A DNA stretch of 64,000 nucleotides, taken from assembly GCA_030390025.1 (NCBI GenBank), contig CM059432.1, positions 45,076,001 to 45,140,000 of the forward strand, read 5' to 3'. The notes beneath the pieces are model-generated. The model ran no database searches, was not told the origin of the DNA, and saw only the letters and a program-made list of their open reading frames with translations. The DNA comes from Squalus acanthias (lineage: Eukaryota). Positions 35,018-47,221 of this stretch are shown piece by piece. Position numbers and translations under genes: made by a program. Every line of letters begins with the position of its first letter. Position 1 is the stretch's first letter.

Positions 35018-36178
35018 TTTTCTACATGGACTTCAGTAAGGCTTTTGACAAAGTCCCGCATGGGAGACTGGTCAAGAAGGTAAGAGCCCATGGGATCCAG
35101 GGCAATTTGGCACATTGGATCCAAAATTGGCTTAGTGGCAGGAGGCAGAGGGTGATGGTCGAAGGTTGTTTTTATGACTGGAAGCCTGTGTCCAGTGGTG
35201 TACCGCAGGGATCGGTGCTGGGTCCCTTGCTGTTTGTAGTGTACATTAATGATTTAGATATGAATGTAGGCGGTATGATCAGTAAGTTCGCAGATGACAC
35301 GAAAATTGGTGGAGTGGTAAATAGCGAGGAGGGAAGCCATAGACTACAGGACGATATAGACGGGTTGGTCAGATGGGCAGAACAGTGGCAAATGGAATTT
35401 AACCCTGAAAAGTGTGAGGTGATGCATTTTGGGAGGACTAACAAGGCAAGGGAATACACAATGAATGGTAGGACCCTAGGAAGGACAAAGGATCAGAGGG
35501 ACCTTGGTGTGCATGTATATAGATCCCTTAAGGCAGCAGGACAGGTAGATAAGGTGGTTAAGAAGGCATATGGGATACTTGCCTTCATTAGCCGAGGCAT
35601 AGAATATAAGTGCAGGGAGGTTATGATGGAGCTGTACAAAACGTTAGTTAGGCCACAGCTGGAATACTGTGTGCAGTTCTGGTCGCCACACTATAGGAAG
35701 GATGTGATTGCATTAGAGAGGGTGCAGATGAGATTCACCAGGATGTTACCTGGACTGGAGCGTTTCAGCTATGAAGAGAGACTGGACAGGCTGGGGTTGT
35801 ATTCCTTAGAGCAGAGAAGGCTGAGGGGGGACCTGATTGAGGTGTACAAAATTATGTGGGGCATAGATAGGGTAGATAGAAAGTAACTTTTCCCCTTAGT
35901 AGAGGGGTCAATAACCAGGGGGCATAGTTTCAAGGTAAGGGGCAGGAGGTTTAGAGGGGATTTGAGGAAAAACTTTTTCACCCAGAGGGTGGTTGGAATC
36001 TGGAACTCACTGCCTGAAAGGGTGGTAGAGGCAGGAACCCTCACAACATTCAAGAAGCATTTAGATGAGCACTTGAAACGCCATAGCATACAAGGCTACG
36101 GACCAAGTACTGGAAAATGGGATTAGAATAGACAGGGCTTGATGGCCGGCGCAGACACGATGGGCTGTATAACTCTAT
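35018..36178 (+). mobile_element. CR1 LINE 3' fragment
   Basis: [35 protein letters not shown], with an (ACTCTATG)n tail into which two Harbingers inserted. Confidence 0.95.
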
Positions 36179-37048
36179 GGGGGAGAAATTCAGTATCGGC
36201 CGGGCGCAATGTTTAGCGCCTGGCGCTAATTATCGCCTCCGACTGCAAACTTGACTTCTATCGCCCCTGGAGGTGATTGGAGCGCTAAATCAGGTGCTAC
36301 ACACCTCTCTTAAGGCGCTAATGCCGAGGAGTGAGGCACTACCTCAGAGCCCTGGCGAAGCTCATGTGATGTCAGTCAGCAATGGAACACAGACACACTG
36401 GCACCGGCCAGTTCTTAAAGGGGAGGGTCGATCTTGCTCTCCATCCACACCCTGCTCATTGCAGCCTTGAATCTCAGCCTGGAGAGACCTGTACATCAAA
36501 TCTGTTGGAAAGAACAATGGACAGGTCCAGGGAAAGAGCTCAGAGTGCAGCCCCCGTAGTCTCTCTAAATCGATGCAAGGAAGAACAAATCAAAAAGAAC
36601 CTGCTAAGTGCTGCTCAGTACCCAAAACTCCTCAACACAGCTTTGAATATCTCCTGCAGTCTCTCTCTCTCACTCAGAATGCGTGGTGCAAAAATTTCAG
36701 CTGACAAGAAAAGGCAGGAAGCGGTCAGCTTTAAATAGTGCTCGCCCAGTCCTTTCCCGACTGTTAAACGCTCCCCTCAACCTGTCGTTGCTAGCGGCAG
36801 GCGGTAAGACAGGGGGAGCCACTCAATATCCGGTCTGGGGCGCTACCGGGACGTTGCACACTCGACTGACATCACGATCTGCGGGCGCAGGAGATTGTGG
36901 CGGTAGTGTTTAGCGCCGCCGCAAAATGTCTAGTCAATTTTGTGAGCGGCGCAAACATCGCTGCGCACAGGGCGCTAGTTGCTTTGCGCCCCATTTGCGC
37001 CCTCTTAAGGCGCTAACGGGAGGTTCAAACCAACCAAATTTTTCCCGC
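36179..37048. mobile_element. 870-bp internal-deletion derivative of the adjacent Harbinger
   Basis: TIRs GGGGGAGAAATT / AATTTTTCCCGC and TSD TAT. Both ends are colinear with 37060-41228. Confidence 0.92.
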
Positions 37049-37420
37049 TATGACTCTATGGGGGAGAAATTCAGTATCGCCCCGTTTGGGGCGCGATTAT
37101 CGGTCGGGCGCAAAGTTTAGCGCCTGCCGCTAATTATCGCCTCCGACTGCAAACTTGGCTTTTATCGCCCCTGGAGGTGATTGGAGCGCTAAATCAGGCG
37201 CTGCACACCTGTCTTACGGCGCAAAGGCCGAGAAGCGAGGCGCTAACTCAGAGCGCGGGCGCAGCGCTGGTGATGTCAGTTAGCGATGGAACACAGACAC
37301 ACTAGCGCCGGACAGTTCTTAAAGGGGAAGGTCGATTTTGCTCTCCAGTCACACCCTGCTCATTGGAGCCTTGAATCTCGGCCTGGAGAGACCTGTGACT
37401 ACATTTTCCAGCCAAGGACT

Positions 37421-39235
37421 ATGGAGAGGGTGAGAGAACGAGCTCAGCGCTTCAGTGAGTGGGCCTTGGAGGCTCTGGTTGGTGCGGTGGAGTGTAGAAG
37501 ATCTATACTCTACCCTGAGAGTGGCAGGAGGCCTTTGCCGCGCGACTACAGAAGAGTGTGGAGAGAGGTGGCTCAGCACGTCTCCTCCAGGAGCATGGTG
37601 CCCAGGACCCATACTCAATGTCGCAAAAAGTTTAACGACCTCACTCAGGTCGTCAGGGTGAGTGGCTTTTTTTCAATACCTCTCCATCCCTGCATCTCAA
37701 CCTCACTCTATGGCCAGAGGGTCTTAAAACCCCAATGCCCAACACTCATCCAACACCAATGGCCCTCTCATGAAACACACACACACATTCCACACTTTAC
37801 ATACAGTAAGGGCTATTCAACTATGGGAGGCACATCAGGCAAGACCATGGCTGCATACATTAAGGGCTACTCAATTATGGGAGACACATAAGGCAAGACC
37901 ATGGCTGCATACATTAAGGGCTATTCAATTAAATGGAGGCACATCAGGCAAGACCATGGCTGTATATTTACTCAGACGCCGTCCTTTTTCTTGCAGGCCA
38001 AGCAATCTCATAATAGGAGACAGCAACAACGGACGGGTGGAGGGCAGCCTCAGCTGCAACCCCTCAGTGATCTTGAGGCACGCGTCCACAGATTTGTGGC
38101 AAGCCAGGTGATCGGTCCCGTCGCCCCTGGAGACGCCGACTCCGTTCTGGACAGCAATGGTAAGGTCATCAGCTTTCTCTCCTCTCTCATTCCACTTGTC
38201 GCTCACAACACCAGCCTTTGACACTTTCAATCCAACTTACTAAATCGCTTCACTCGTTCCTCCCTTACTGTCCCCCTGTCCTCACGCTAAAGCCACTCTT
38301 GTACCTCCCTGCTTTCAGATGGTGATTCACCAGCTGAGGAGACGGGCCCTGACGCTGCCAGTGGGAGTGAAGCTGCAGGCGAGGATGAAGAGGAAGCCGG
38401 AGCATCAGCGCCACCCTCTCCCGAGGAAGCCCATGCCCACACTGGGAACACATCTTCCCTGGAGGGGAGCAGGGGGGAAGGGTCTGATGAGGGTGAAGCT
38501 CGAGGACCCAGCAGGCTGCAGCAACGCGATGTGGCTAGGGAAGCTCGGGGGCCTTCTCCTCGGAGGGAGAGTAGGCCAGTGAGTCCTGCTGCACTGGACG
38601 CAGAGGAGGAGCGGCTCATCGCTGAAATGAACACCCAGGCGGTGCACATGCACACTCAGCTCATGGGTGCAGTGGGAAGGGTGCCCGAAACCATTGATGC
38701 ACTGGCAAGGAGTGTGGAGCACTTCGCTGTAGCACAGGCGGATGCCACGCTAAAGCTTAGTGCTGCAATTCAGTCACTGGCTGCCGTGATCCCATCTCAG
38801 ACTGCTCTCATGCAGACTCAGATTGAGGCCACGCAAGCACTGACTGCTGCCATTGTCGCTGGTTCGGACACATTTCCCCAGGGCTCTCACCGCGCCGCAG
38901 CAGGCCAGCAATCTGTGCTCCAGCAGATTGCTCTGGATGCTGATGTGCTGCCCTGTGGGAGTGCCAGTGTGTCGGTCGAGCAGGGAGTTGCTGTCCTCTC
39001 TCAAGAGGACAGCATTCCTGCTTCCACCACTGTCACTTCTCCATTGCACTTCCCACCGCCTGTAGCCCAGACTGCTGCCGCCCATGCAGAGTTGGTGCAG
39101 TCTGCAGCCGGGCCCTCCAGGCCCAGAGCTGGTCGAGGCCGTCCTTCAAGGGCATCTGTAGTCTCAGGTCTGACTATCAGCAGCCTTCACCAGCCTTGCT
39201 GCAGCCACTGGGGCCTCATTACGGAGGAGCAGTAG
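37421..39235 (+). CDS. Harbinger Myb/SANT-like (trihelix) DNA-binding protein, 3 exons: 37421-37657, 37997-38159, 38319-39235 (~438 aa)
   Basis: RFSEWALEALV..VWREVAQHVS..RTHTQCRKKFNDL and RTGGG. Canonical splice sites GTGAGT/TTGCAG and GTAAGG/TTTCAG with compatible phases 0 and 1. The extreme C-terminus may be frameshifted. Confidence 0.85.
37807..37968 (+). repeat. 54-bp minisatellite x3 in intron 1 of the Myb gene
   Basis: Unit TAAGGGCTAYTCAAYTATGGGAGRCACATMAGGCAAGACCATGGCTGCATACAT starts at 37807, 37861 and 37915. Confidence 0.92.
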
Positions 39236-39592
39236 GGTGGGAAGGGAGGAAGTGCGCAAGGGAAGGAGATCACTCTCGAAGGGCAAAAAGTAGGAGGTGT
39301 GACGAAATGTTGGTCAATTTTTTATTAAAGGCCGAGGTTCGTGTTCAAACTTTTGTTTAGTGTTTTGGACATTATCTCCAGGTTGTGAGAACCAGTTATG
39401 TTAATGAATGATTTTTTGTGTTTGTTTCTATTAATTTGTCATGAAGAAATGACACACACAGAGTTTATAAAATAAAAAAGTTTTTGTATTCAAAATGTAC
39501 AGGTTTGGCCTTTGGAATCATTGCTGCCTTGGCCGGCTTTGGGGTTGCGGGTTGCTTTCATTCATGTTGTTCTCCATGGCAGAAGCCATTTC

Positions 39593-40736
39593 CTAAGTAG
39601 GGGCCTGGAAGCGGCTTGTTATCAGCCGTTGACGGACGGCCCTTGCAGTTTCAACATTGTGGGCCTCCCTCCCGCCTTGGTGCTGCTGCTGATCATCCTC
39701 CTCCTCTTCCTCCTCCTCCGGTGGTGGCATTGGCTGGGTCCTGAGGATTGCCAGGTTATGAAAAATGCAGCACACAACTATGAAGAGGGAGACTCGCTCA
39801 GGCGAGTACTGCAGGGCTCCTCCTGAGTAGTCCAGACAGCGGAACCGTTGCTTGAGCATGCCGATCGTCTGCTCAATGATGTTCCTGGTGGCGAGATAGC
39901 TCTCATTGTACCGCAGCTCAGCAGGGGTGTTGGGGTTACGGAGCGGTGTCATCAGCCAGGTGCAGAGTGGATAACCCTTGTCCCCGAGGAGCCTACCACT
40001 TGGCTGATGCGGTGCCTGGAAAAGGTCTGGCACACCAGTCTGGTGCAGGATGAAAGCATCGTGGCTGCTGCCAAGATAGCGGGCATTGACTGCGAGTATC
40101 AGCTGTCTGTGGTCACAGACCAACTGGACGTTTAAGGAGTGGAACCCCTTGCGGTTTCGGAAAACCTCTGCATTCTCATGCGGTGCCCGCAATGCCACAT
40201 GCGTGCAGTCAATGGCGCCAGGCACCATGGGGAAGCCCACTATCCTCGCAAAGCCCAATGCGCATTCATGCTGTTTGGCCCGGGTCATCGGGAAAGAGAT
40301 GTACTGGCGTCTCCTTTTATAGAGGGCATTTGTGACCTGACGGATACAGCAATGGACCGCAAACTGGGAGATATTGACGATGTCCCCAGTAGCTGCTTGA
40401 AAGGAGCCAGTGGCATAAAAATTCAGAGCCACTGTGACCTTCACTGCCACTGACAGAGACGTCCTGGTCCTCAGTTGAGGCTGCAGATCTGGCTGCAGCA
40501 GGTGGCAGAGCTCAGTGACCACCTCCTTGCTGAAAGCGCAGCCTGCGCAAACACTGCTCCTCAGACAAATTAATGTAGGAGAATTGTTGCCGAAATACCC
40601 TGGGAGGGTAAGGTCTCCTGTACAGAGGCCTGTTGGCTCTCATCCGTCTGGCCATGATTGCCACTCTCTCTCTGCGTCTCTGTTGCCTCCGATTCTGCAA
40701 GCGCAGGACGACGCCCCGAATCAGTGCAGCCCCTAT
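39593..40736 (-). pseudogene. HARBI1-family DDE transposase, lightly disabled
   Basis: GAIDCTHV, NRKGFHSLNVQLVCD, GSSHDA, LLGDKGY, RNIIEQTIGMLKQRFRCL. The start codon appears as ATA at 40736 (ATGGGGGCTGCA at 55821), and there is a +1 frameshift near 40533. Confidence 0.93.
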
Positions 40737-41231
40737 AGTCTCTTGGTAATCGAAGTAATGAAGGTCAAATCCAAAAGTACCTGCAAAGTGATGCTCAGTA
40801 GCCAAAACTACTTCACACAGACGTTGACTCTATGCAAAAGTCTCTCCTTCTCTCTCTCAGAATCTCTCTCTCTGTCAGAATGAGTGGTGCAAAAATGTCT
40901 ACCACAGAAAAAGCCATGAAGAGGCCACCTTTAAATAGCGCCCCCCCCAGCCCCTCAGCGACAGGGAAACGTTCCAGTCTCCCTGTTGTTGCTTGCGCCA
41001 GGCGGAAAGGAGGAGGGCGCCACTCAATATCCGGTCCAGGGCACCACTGACGTCAAGATCTGCGGGCGCAGGAGATCGGGGCGCTAGTGTTTAGCGCCGC
41101 CGCAAAATGTCTGGTCAATTTCGCGAGCGGCGCAGACATCGCCGCGCCCGGGCGCTAGTTGCTTTGCGCCCCATTAGCGCCCTCTTAAGGCGCTAATAGG
41201 AGGCACAAACCAACCGAATTTTTCCCCCTAT

Positions 41232-42073
41232 GTGTGCACCTTTGGAAGTGGCTTAGTGAGTTGCAGTAAATGGTGAGACATAACGGTAACCCCCGCAATG
41301 GTGGTGAGTGTGAAAGGAATGGCTTGGACATTGTAGGGATGCTTTCTGGTGTTGGTGTGGGGTGGTGCCAACTTTACGCATCATGTGGAAGCCAGGGTGT
41401 ACAGCGTCAAGCGAAGTAAATCTGGCCATGGTGAGGCCATCCCTGGCCTCCCATGCAGCAATGCGCTCGGGTGCTGATGCCCTCTGTCCTGTGCAGCATC
41501 AGTTGATTGCGAAGAAGGTTGGTGTTGTTATTTGGTGCTGCTGGTGTTGGGGCTGATCATGGTTGGATTCTGAGGAACAAGGTGAGACAGTACAAAGGGC
41601 ACCCATGCGGTCAAATAGATGGCAGGTGAAGTAGAGATTACAGAAGCGAACTGTCAATGGTGAGAGAGTTCTTCTAATGAGGTGAGAGTGTATGGAGAAT
41701 GGACAGTGGAAAGCCTGCAGAATCTGTGCTGGAAATGGACTGAGAAACAGCTTGTGGTTCAGGAAAGTGATGAGCTGTCAGGTGGGAGCTTTTACTATAC
41801 ATTTGAAGTTGTCAAGTAATCAGCTGGAGCAATGGCCACTGAACTCCCGCCTCAGGTTGACAGACGTGCTCCCCGAACAGCCTGGTTCCCGTGGCCATGT
41901 AGTTATAGTTAAAATGTAAGTTGAAAAAGCCTGTTAAGGGTCTGTTAAGTACATTATAATTAGTTTAATTGGGTTGCACGCCGCCGCCTGTTCCCGACCC
42001 GATGTAAAAAAAAACACTTTCCCACCTGACCCGCCACCGATCCCTCCCGCTGACACCCCAGAGAATTCCGGCC
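41232..42073 (+). mobile_element. Type-B-related Harbinger derivative (copy 3; its upstream piece is 34971-35017)
   Basis: Homologous to 42980-43500. The join GGACAGAT|GTGTGCACC is restored on removing 35018-41231. TIR-like end GAATTCCGGCC. Confidence 0.78.
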
Positions 42074-42170
42074 TGGATGTCTGACAAGTAGCATTGACAA
42101 ATCAGAGGCAGTGGAGGGGTGGTGGTGAGGTAGAGCTGGGTGTCATCAGCGTACATGTGGAATTTGACAT
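42074..42170 (-). mobile_element. L2-clade LINE RT fragment
   Basis: FHMYADDTQLYL. Confidence 0.75.
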
Positions 42171-42278
42171 CTTAGTAATACTGTGGGGGGTATCTACTAA
42201 TAATGTTAGGAAAAGTTTCACTAAGGTTGGTTTGTCCATCATACCTTTACATCACACTTCCTTTAGTCTGCACACTTT

Positions 42279-44652
42279 GGGCAGGATTTTCCCTGCGGAG
42301 GCGGGATGGCAGCGGGAGAGCTGGTTGGTGGGTTCCGGTCCCGGTCCAGTCTGCAGCCGCTCTCTGGAAATGATTTTCCGTTGATTGGCCTTGTTAAGCC
42401 CGCCCTGCAGGGTTCCTGGCCAATTAATAGGAAGCGAGTCTGATGATGTCATTTGATGACGCGTCATCAACCGGTTTCTTTAAAGGGACCAAGGCCGCAT
42501 TGAGGTGCTGCAAACACTGACAAGCACTGCACAAAGGTGCACGTCTGCAACCAGGCTCACACATGACTCCCTCCATATGCTTAGAAGATCAACGCAGTCT
42601 GGTTGCACATTGCACAGGACGACACAAGCAGGGATGTCGTCAGGAGTCCCTGGCTGCAGTGATACAAACCTTTAATTGATCTCAGTAGATCACGAAACAT
42701 TACTGCAAAGCCACACTCAAACTCACCCTGGCTGAGCCTCTCATCACATACCCATCACTCTGCCTTCCCTACCCTACTCCTGCAAATCCTTACTCATACC
42801 AACTTACCTTGCACCTCCATCCATCCCTCTCTATCTAAATGATCACTTCCCCATCTCACTAGCCACCCCTCACACTCACCCTCATCCTACTGCAAGCATA
42901 CCAACTAACAACACACAAGGGTAGGCACTTGAGTGGTTTAGCCAATGTTCATGTGAAGTTTCTGGTAATGTGTTGTCATACAGTGAAATCTATATTTTCA
43001 ACACTTCACCTTATTGGACAGATCGGTCCGCACCTTGAGAAGTATCTTAATGAGTTTCTGTGAATGTTGAGACGTAACTCCACCGCGCACCCCCCCCCCC
43101 CCCCCCCGCCTGCTATTGTGATGAGTGTGAAAGGAATGGCTTGGCCATTATAGGGATGCTTTATGGTGCTGGTGTGGGATGGTGTCAACCTGGCGCATCA
43201 TGTGGCAGCCAGGGTGTACAGCGTCAAGTGAAGTAAAACTGGCCATGGTGATTCCATTGCTGGCCTCCCGGGCTGATGCCCTGTGTCCTGTGCAGCATCA
43301 GGTGATGGCGAAGGTTGGTGGTGTTGTTGGTGATGTTGGTGTGCCTGGTGATGATGGTGTTGGGGCTGATCATGGAAGGATTCAGAGGACCAAGGTGAGA
43401 TTTTTTCAAGGGCACCGATGTTGCTGCAATAGATGGCAGCTGCAGTTGAGATGACAGAAGCGATCTGTCAATGGTGAGAGAGGTTGTTCCAATGAGGTGC
43501 CACTGGATAGAGTTGGCTCTAAACACTTGCAAGCTACAGGAATCTCTATGGGGTAAAAATTGGATAGCACCCTCTTTGGGGTGCTACCTTCGCAGGGGCG
43601 CTAATTTTAACGCCCCGAAAAAGTTAGCACCCCTGCGGCCGATTTTCTCAGGTAGCGCCCCGAGAGGGAGGAGGGGCGCTACTGGATGTGCCCCGCATCC
43701 CTTTTGGGTGCTGCGAGCCAATATCGTGGCACTGCGGCCTATCGACCCGCGGAACTGCAGACGTTCCTCCCCTTATTAAAGGGGAGGGGCCTGGCGCAGC
43801 ACGTCCCAGCGCCCAGCTGGGCCACCAGGGATCGGGAGTGCCGACAAACGAGCCCGGCACTCAAGAGGAGTGCCGGAGTGATGGAGAGCAGCCGACACCC
43901 CGCGGGGCGGGCTTCACGGGGGCCGGGGACAGCAACGGGGGCAGGTGCTGGTAGGCGGCCAGCAACAAAAATGGCGACCCGCCACCTCCCCTTTAACTAG
44001 CACCGCCCCGGCCGCAGGTAGGCCCCCCTGACCCCGGCGGGCATAGCGTCCGGCGGTAAGTCGGGGGGGTGCCACCCAATATTACAGCCGGGGCGCAAGC
44101 GGGGTGCTGCGCATGGTGATGACGTCATCACTGGCGGCGCAGTGCCGCCATTAACCTCCTGCTGAATTTTGCGGGAGGCGTTAGCGGCGCCGCGCCCAGG
44201 TGCTAGTTGATTTGCGCCCCATTAGCGCCCTAAGAGGGCGTTAACGGGAGGCACAAATCAACCGAATTTAGCCCCCTATATGTCTTACAAATGCAGTAAC
44301 CAACAGTTTCTGCGCTCTGAAACTGAACAGCTGCAACACGGCATCCTTTACACCACTTCTGCAGCTGTCAGCTTATCAGAAACATCAGAGCAGACTCAAC
44401 TCACGACAGGGTGAGCTGGTGTGTTCCCTGAGCAGCGGGTAACCCGTGGGGGAGCACGTAAAATTACAAAGTGGCTCAAAATAGCATTAAATTGTCTGTT
44501 AACAAGCCATTTAATGATCTAAATGGTCTTCCCCACTGCTTGGTGTCGGGTCTGTTCTGCACAGACAGACCCGACACCTGGGAGACTCGCGTGGAGGCGG
44601 GTTGACAGTGGGTTTCCTACCCGCTGTCAATCTTTGCTATTTTGACACACAT
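42279..44652 (+). mobile_element. Non-autonomous Harbinger derivative (type B, copy 2), interrupted by a MITE
   Basis: Starts GGGCAGGATTTT. Inverse homolog of 27095-30786. Confidence 0.82.
43550..44276. mobile_element. Harbinger-type GC-rich MITE
   Basis: Ends GGGGTAAAAATT / AATTTAGCCCCC. The TSD TAT is confirmed by the empty site in the paralog (~27465-27480). Confidence 0.9.
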
Positions 44653-46154
44653 TGGGTGTCACACTTCACCTGATGGACTGAAATTTCAACAGTAATAAAT
44701 CCCAACTGAGCAGGTAAACACTATCAATCAGCAATTAGCAGTTATGAATTAAAAGCAGCAATCACAAAAGTCAAAAAACTATGAGCTGGAATTTCTGTGG
44801 TGGTTCTCCCAACCTTCCACCAAAACTTAGGCAGAATATCATCATAAGCCCTTAAGAAACAGTTAATGATATTTCTCTGGGGATTCAGCTGTTCTCCCGC
44901 AAAGTTATGGCAGGAGATCAGAGAACCTCACAGAAATTCCAGGCACTTGAATCAGAAATTGGCAGCCAGGAGCTACCAATAAAAGAAAAGAGAAGGTCAA
45001 AATAGTTTTTGAAAATGTTTTTTGTCCATCATTTTTATTGTCCTCAACTTGGCTACAAAAGGCTCAAAATAAGGTTACCAATACATTAAAAACATAAAAT
45101 ATTATATATTTCATAATAACATGATCAAAGTTTGAGTAGCTTCATTAATATTTTCAAAGGACAACTGATCTTATCAGAGAAGCTTAAGACTTGAGTTACA
45201 TCCTGTGCTGTATATTTCTTTTTGTGAAGCTTCTGCCTCATATGTCCCAAGGTGCTTCACAAAGGCATAATCAGAAAAATATTAATATAAAATGGAAGTA
45301 TTGTATAAAAGTAAGGACACAATGTACGACTTTAAAATAGAGACTGAATTACATCTGCATTTCCAGGTCCAATGATTACCCCACCCCCGCCCCCCCATCC
45401 GTCCACTTTAACCCACCTTGCTTGAAAACTACACTTAATCTCAATGCACATAAACCACTGGAGATCAATTCGTAAAGACATGCAAATTTATAAAATTTGC
45501 AAGAAACTGATTAAAGTGTCTCCAAAAGCATTTCCAGCATGCAAACAAAGTATGAAAAATTACGTGAATAAGTAACATTGTGGCTGCAGCTGAGATAAAT
45601 AAGATGAATATTGCCACAGATTGAAAGACCTTATTAAATTAACACAGCTGTCTAATTATGATATAAATCACTCTGATTATTATCAGGGGAGCTTCTATAC
45701 AATTATAATGATATGACTAAAAATCTCATTAGTCTGTCACTTGTGTATATTTTCTATGCCTTGTCAATCTTTGTTGATGACATGTGTCCACTGTACTGTT
45801 TAACACTGTGCAATATTACATGAGCAATTCAGCATGTTTGTATGAAATTTCTTTGCCTGCTATGGCAATGAAGGCATTAATTTGTTCAAAATAAATAGGT
45901 CAAGGCCTCCATTAAAATAGCAGACAAATGAATTTCAAATGAACTTATTAATGCGTTTCTATTCTAATATTACAGTGAGATTTCTTCCCTGAAGTATTTT
46001 GTTGTTTATTTTCTTTATTTCAGTCAGCTGAGGTATTGCATTTCCCCCTGAAATGCTACATAATTAATCTCTCCATGCTGCAGTTCACCAGTCTGTGTTC
46101 ATACTGTGGTTGTCATCTTTGTAAAACTTGTGCGAATTGCATACTACAGAGTTT

Positions 46155-46650
46155 GCCGTGTTCTAACTCGCACCAAGTCCTGTTCACCCATCATCCCTGT
46201 GCTCGCTGACCTATATTGGCTCCCGGTTAAGCAATGCCTCGATTTTAAAATTCACATCCTTGTTTTCAAATCCCTCCAGGGCCTCGCCCCTCCCTATCTC
46301 TGTAATCTCCTCCAGCCCTATAACCCTCTGAAATATCTGCGCTCCTCTAATTCTGCCCTCTTGAGCATCCCTGATTATAATCGCTCAACCATTGGTGGCC
46401 GTGCCTTCAGCTGCGTAAGCCCTAAGCTCTGGAATTCCCTCCTTAAACCTCTCCGCCTCTCTACCTCTCTTTCCTCCTTTAAGACACTCCTTAAAACCTA
46501 CCTCGTCGACCAAGCTTTTGGTCATCTGACCTAATTTCTCCTTCTGTTGCTCAGTGTCAAATTTTTATTTTTATTTTTTGTCTTATAACACTCCTGTGAA
46601 TGTTTTACTATGTTAAAGGCGCTATATAAATACAAGTTGTTGTTGCTGTT
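46155..46650 (+). mobile_element. L2 LINE 3' fragment
   Basis: RVLTRTK..PVLADLYWLPV..GLAPPYL..GGRAFS..PKLWNSL..FKTLLKTYL, with tail GCTATATAAATACAAG(TTG)n. Confidence 0.92.
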
Positions 46651-47221
46651 ACACTATCCCAATTACTTGCAGGGTTTCAAAGGAGGCCACCTTTAAGAGG
46701 TAGTCTTGCAGTGGAATAACTGTACATTGGCTGGCGTGTAGTTCCCAGTCAGAGCATTCATATCACTTTTGGATTGGTGGCTTTGAGGGATTGGATTAAT
46801 TTGATTGTAAATGAGCACAAACTAAAAAAGGCCTGAAAATCTCAAGCAGGAAATGTTCCAGTTTGAATAGCAAATCCATTTCACCATAACTAAAATCCTA
46901 CAAAATGTTATCTGAAAATACTAGCCGATTGTCTGTAGCATTGCTCATGGGTGTTGGTTGTTACACTGTTGCAGGAGGATGGTACTTAGGTAGAAGAGGG
47001 GCACATATAGCCACTGAAATAACTTGGAAAGAAGTTTGCAAGAGACAGTGAGTTAAATAAATAAATAGGATTTTCCTTTACCACATCAAATATATAATAA
47101 TAAATTCATTTGTTTCCATCATTTCCTACATTACAACAGTGACTACACTTCTAAAGTATTTCATTGGCTGTAAAGCGCTTTGGGACCTCCTGAGGTCATG
47201 AAAGACGCTATATAAATACAA

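Larger units (their letters stand above)
37060..41228. mobile_element. Full-length PIF/Harbinger DNA transposon (4169 bp)
   Basis: TIR GGGGGA(G/A)AAATTC, TSD TAT, and two convergent genes (Myb/SANT on +, DDE transposase on -). Confidence 0.96.

Noticed and set aside
37807..37968. CRISPR-like array
   Set aside because: The units are contiguous with no unique spacers, there are no cas genes, and the context is a eukaryotic intron. It is a minisatellite.
39593..40522. Host gene HARBI1
   Set aside because: It lies between TIRs with a TSD, is paired with a Myb gene and is frameshifted. It is a transposon copy, not the domesticated gene.
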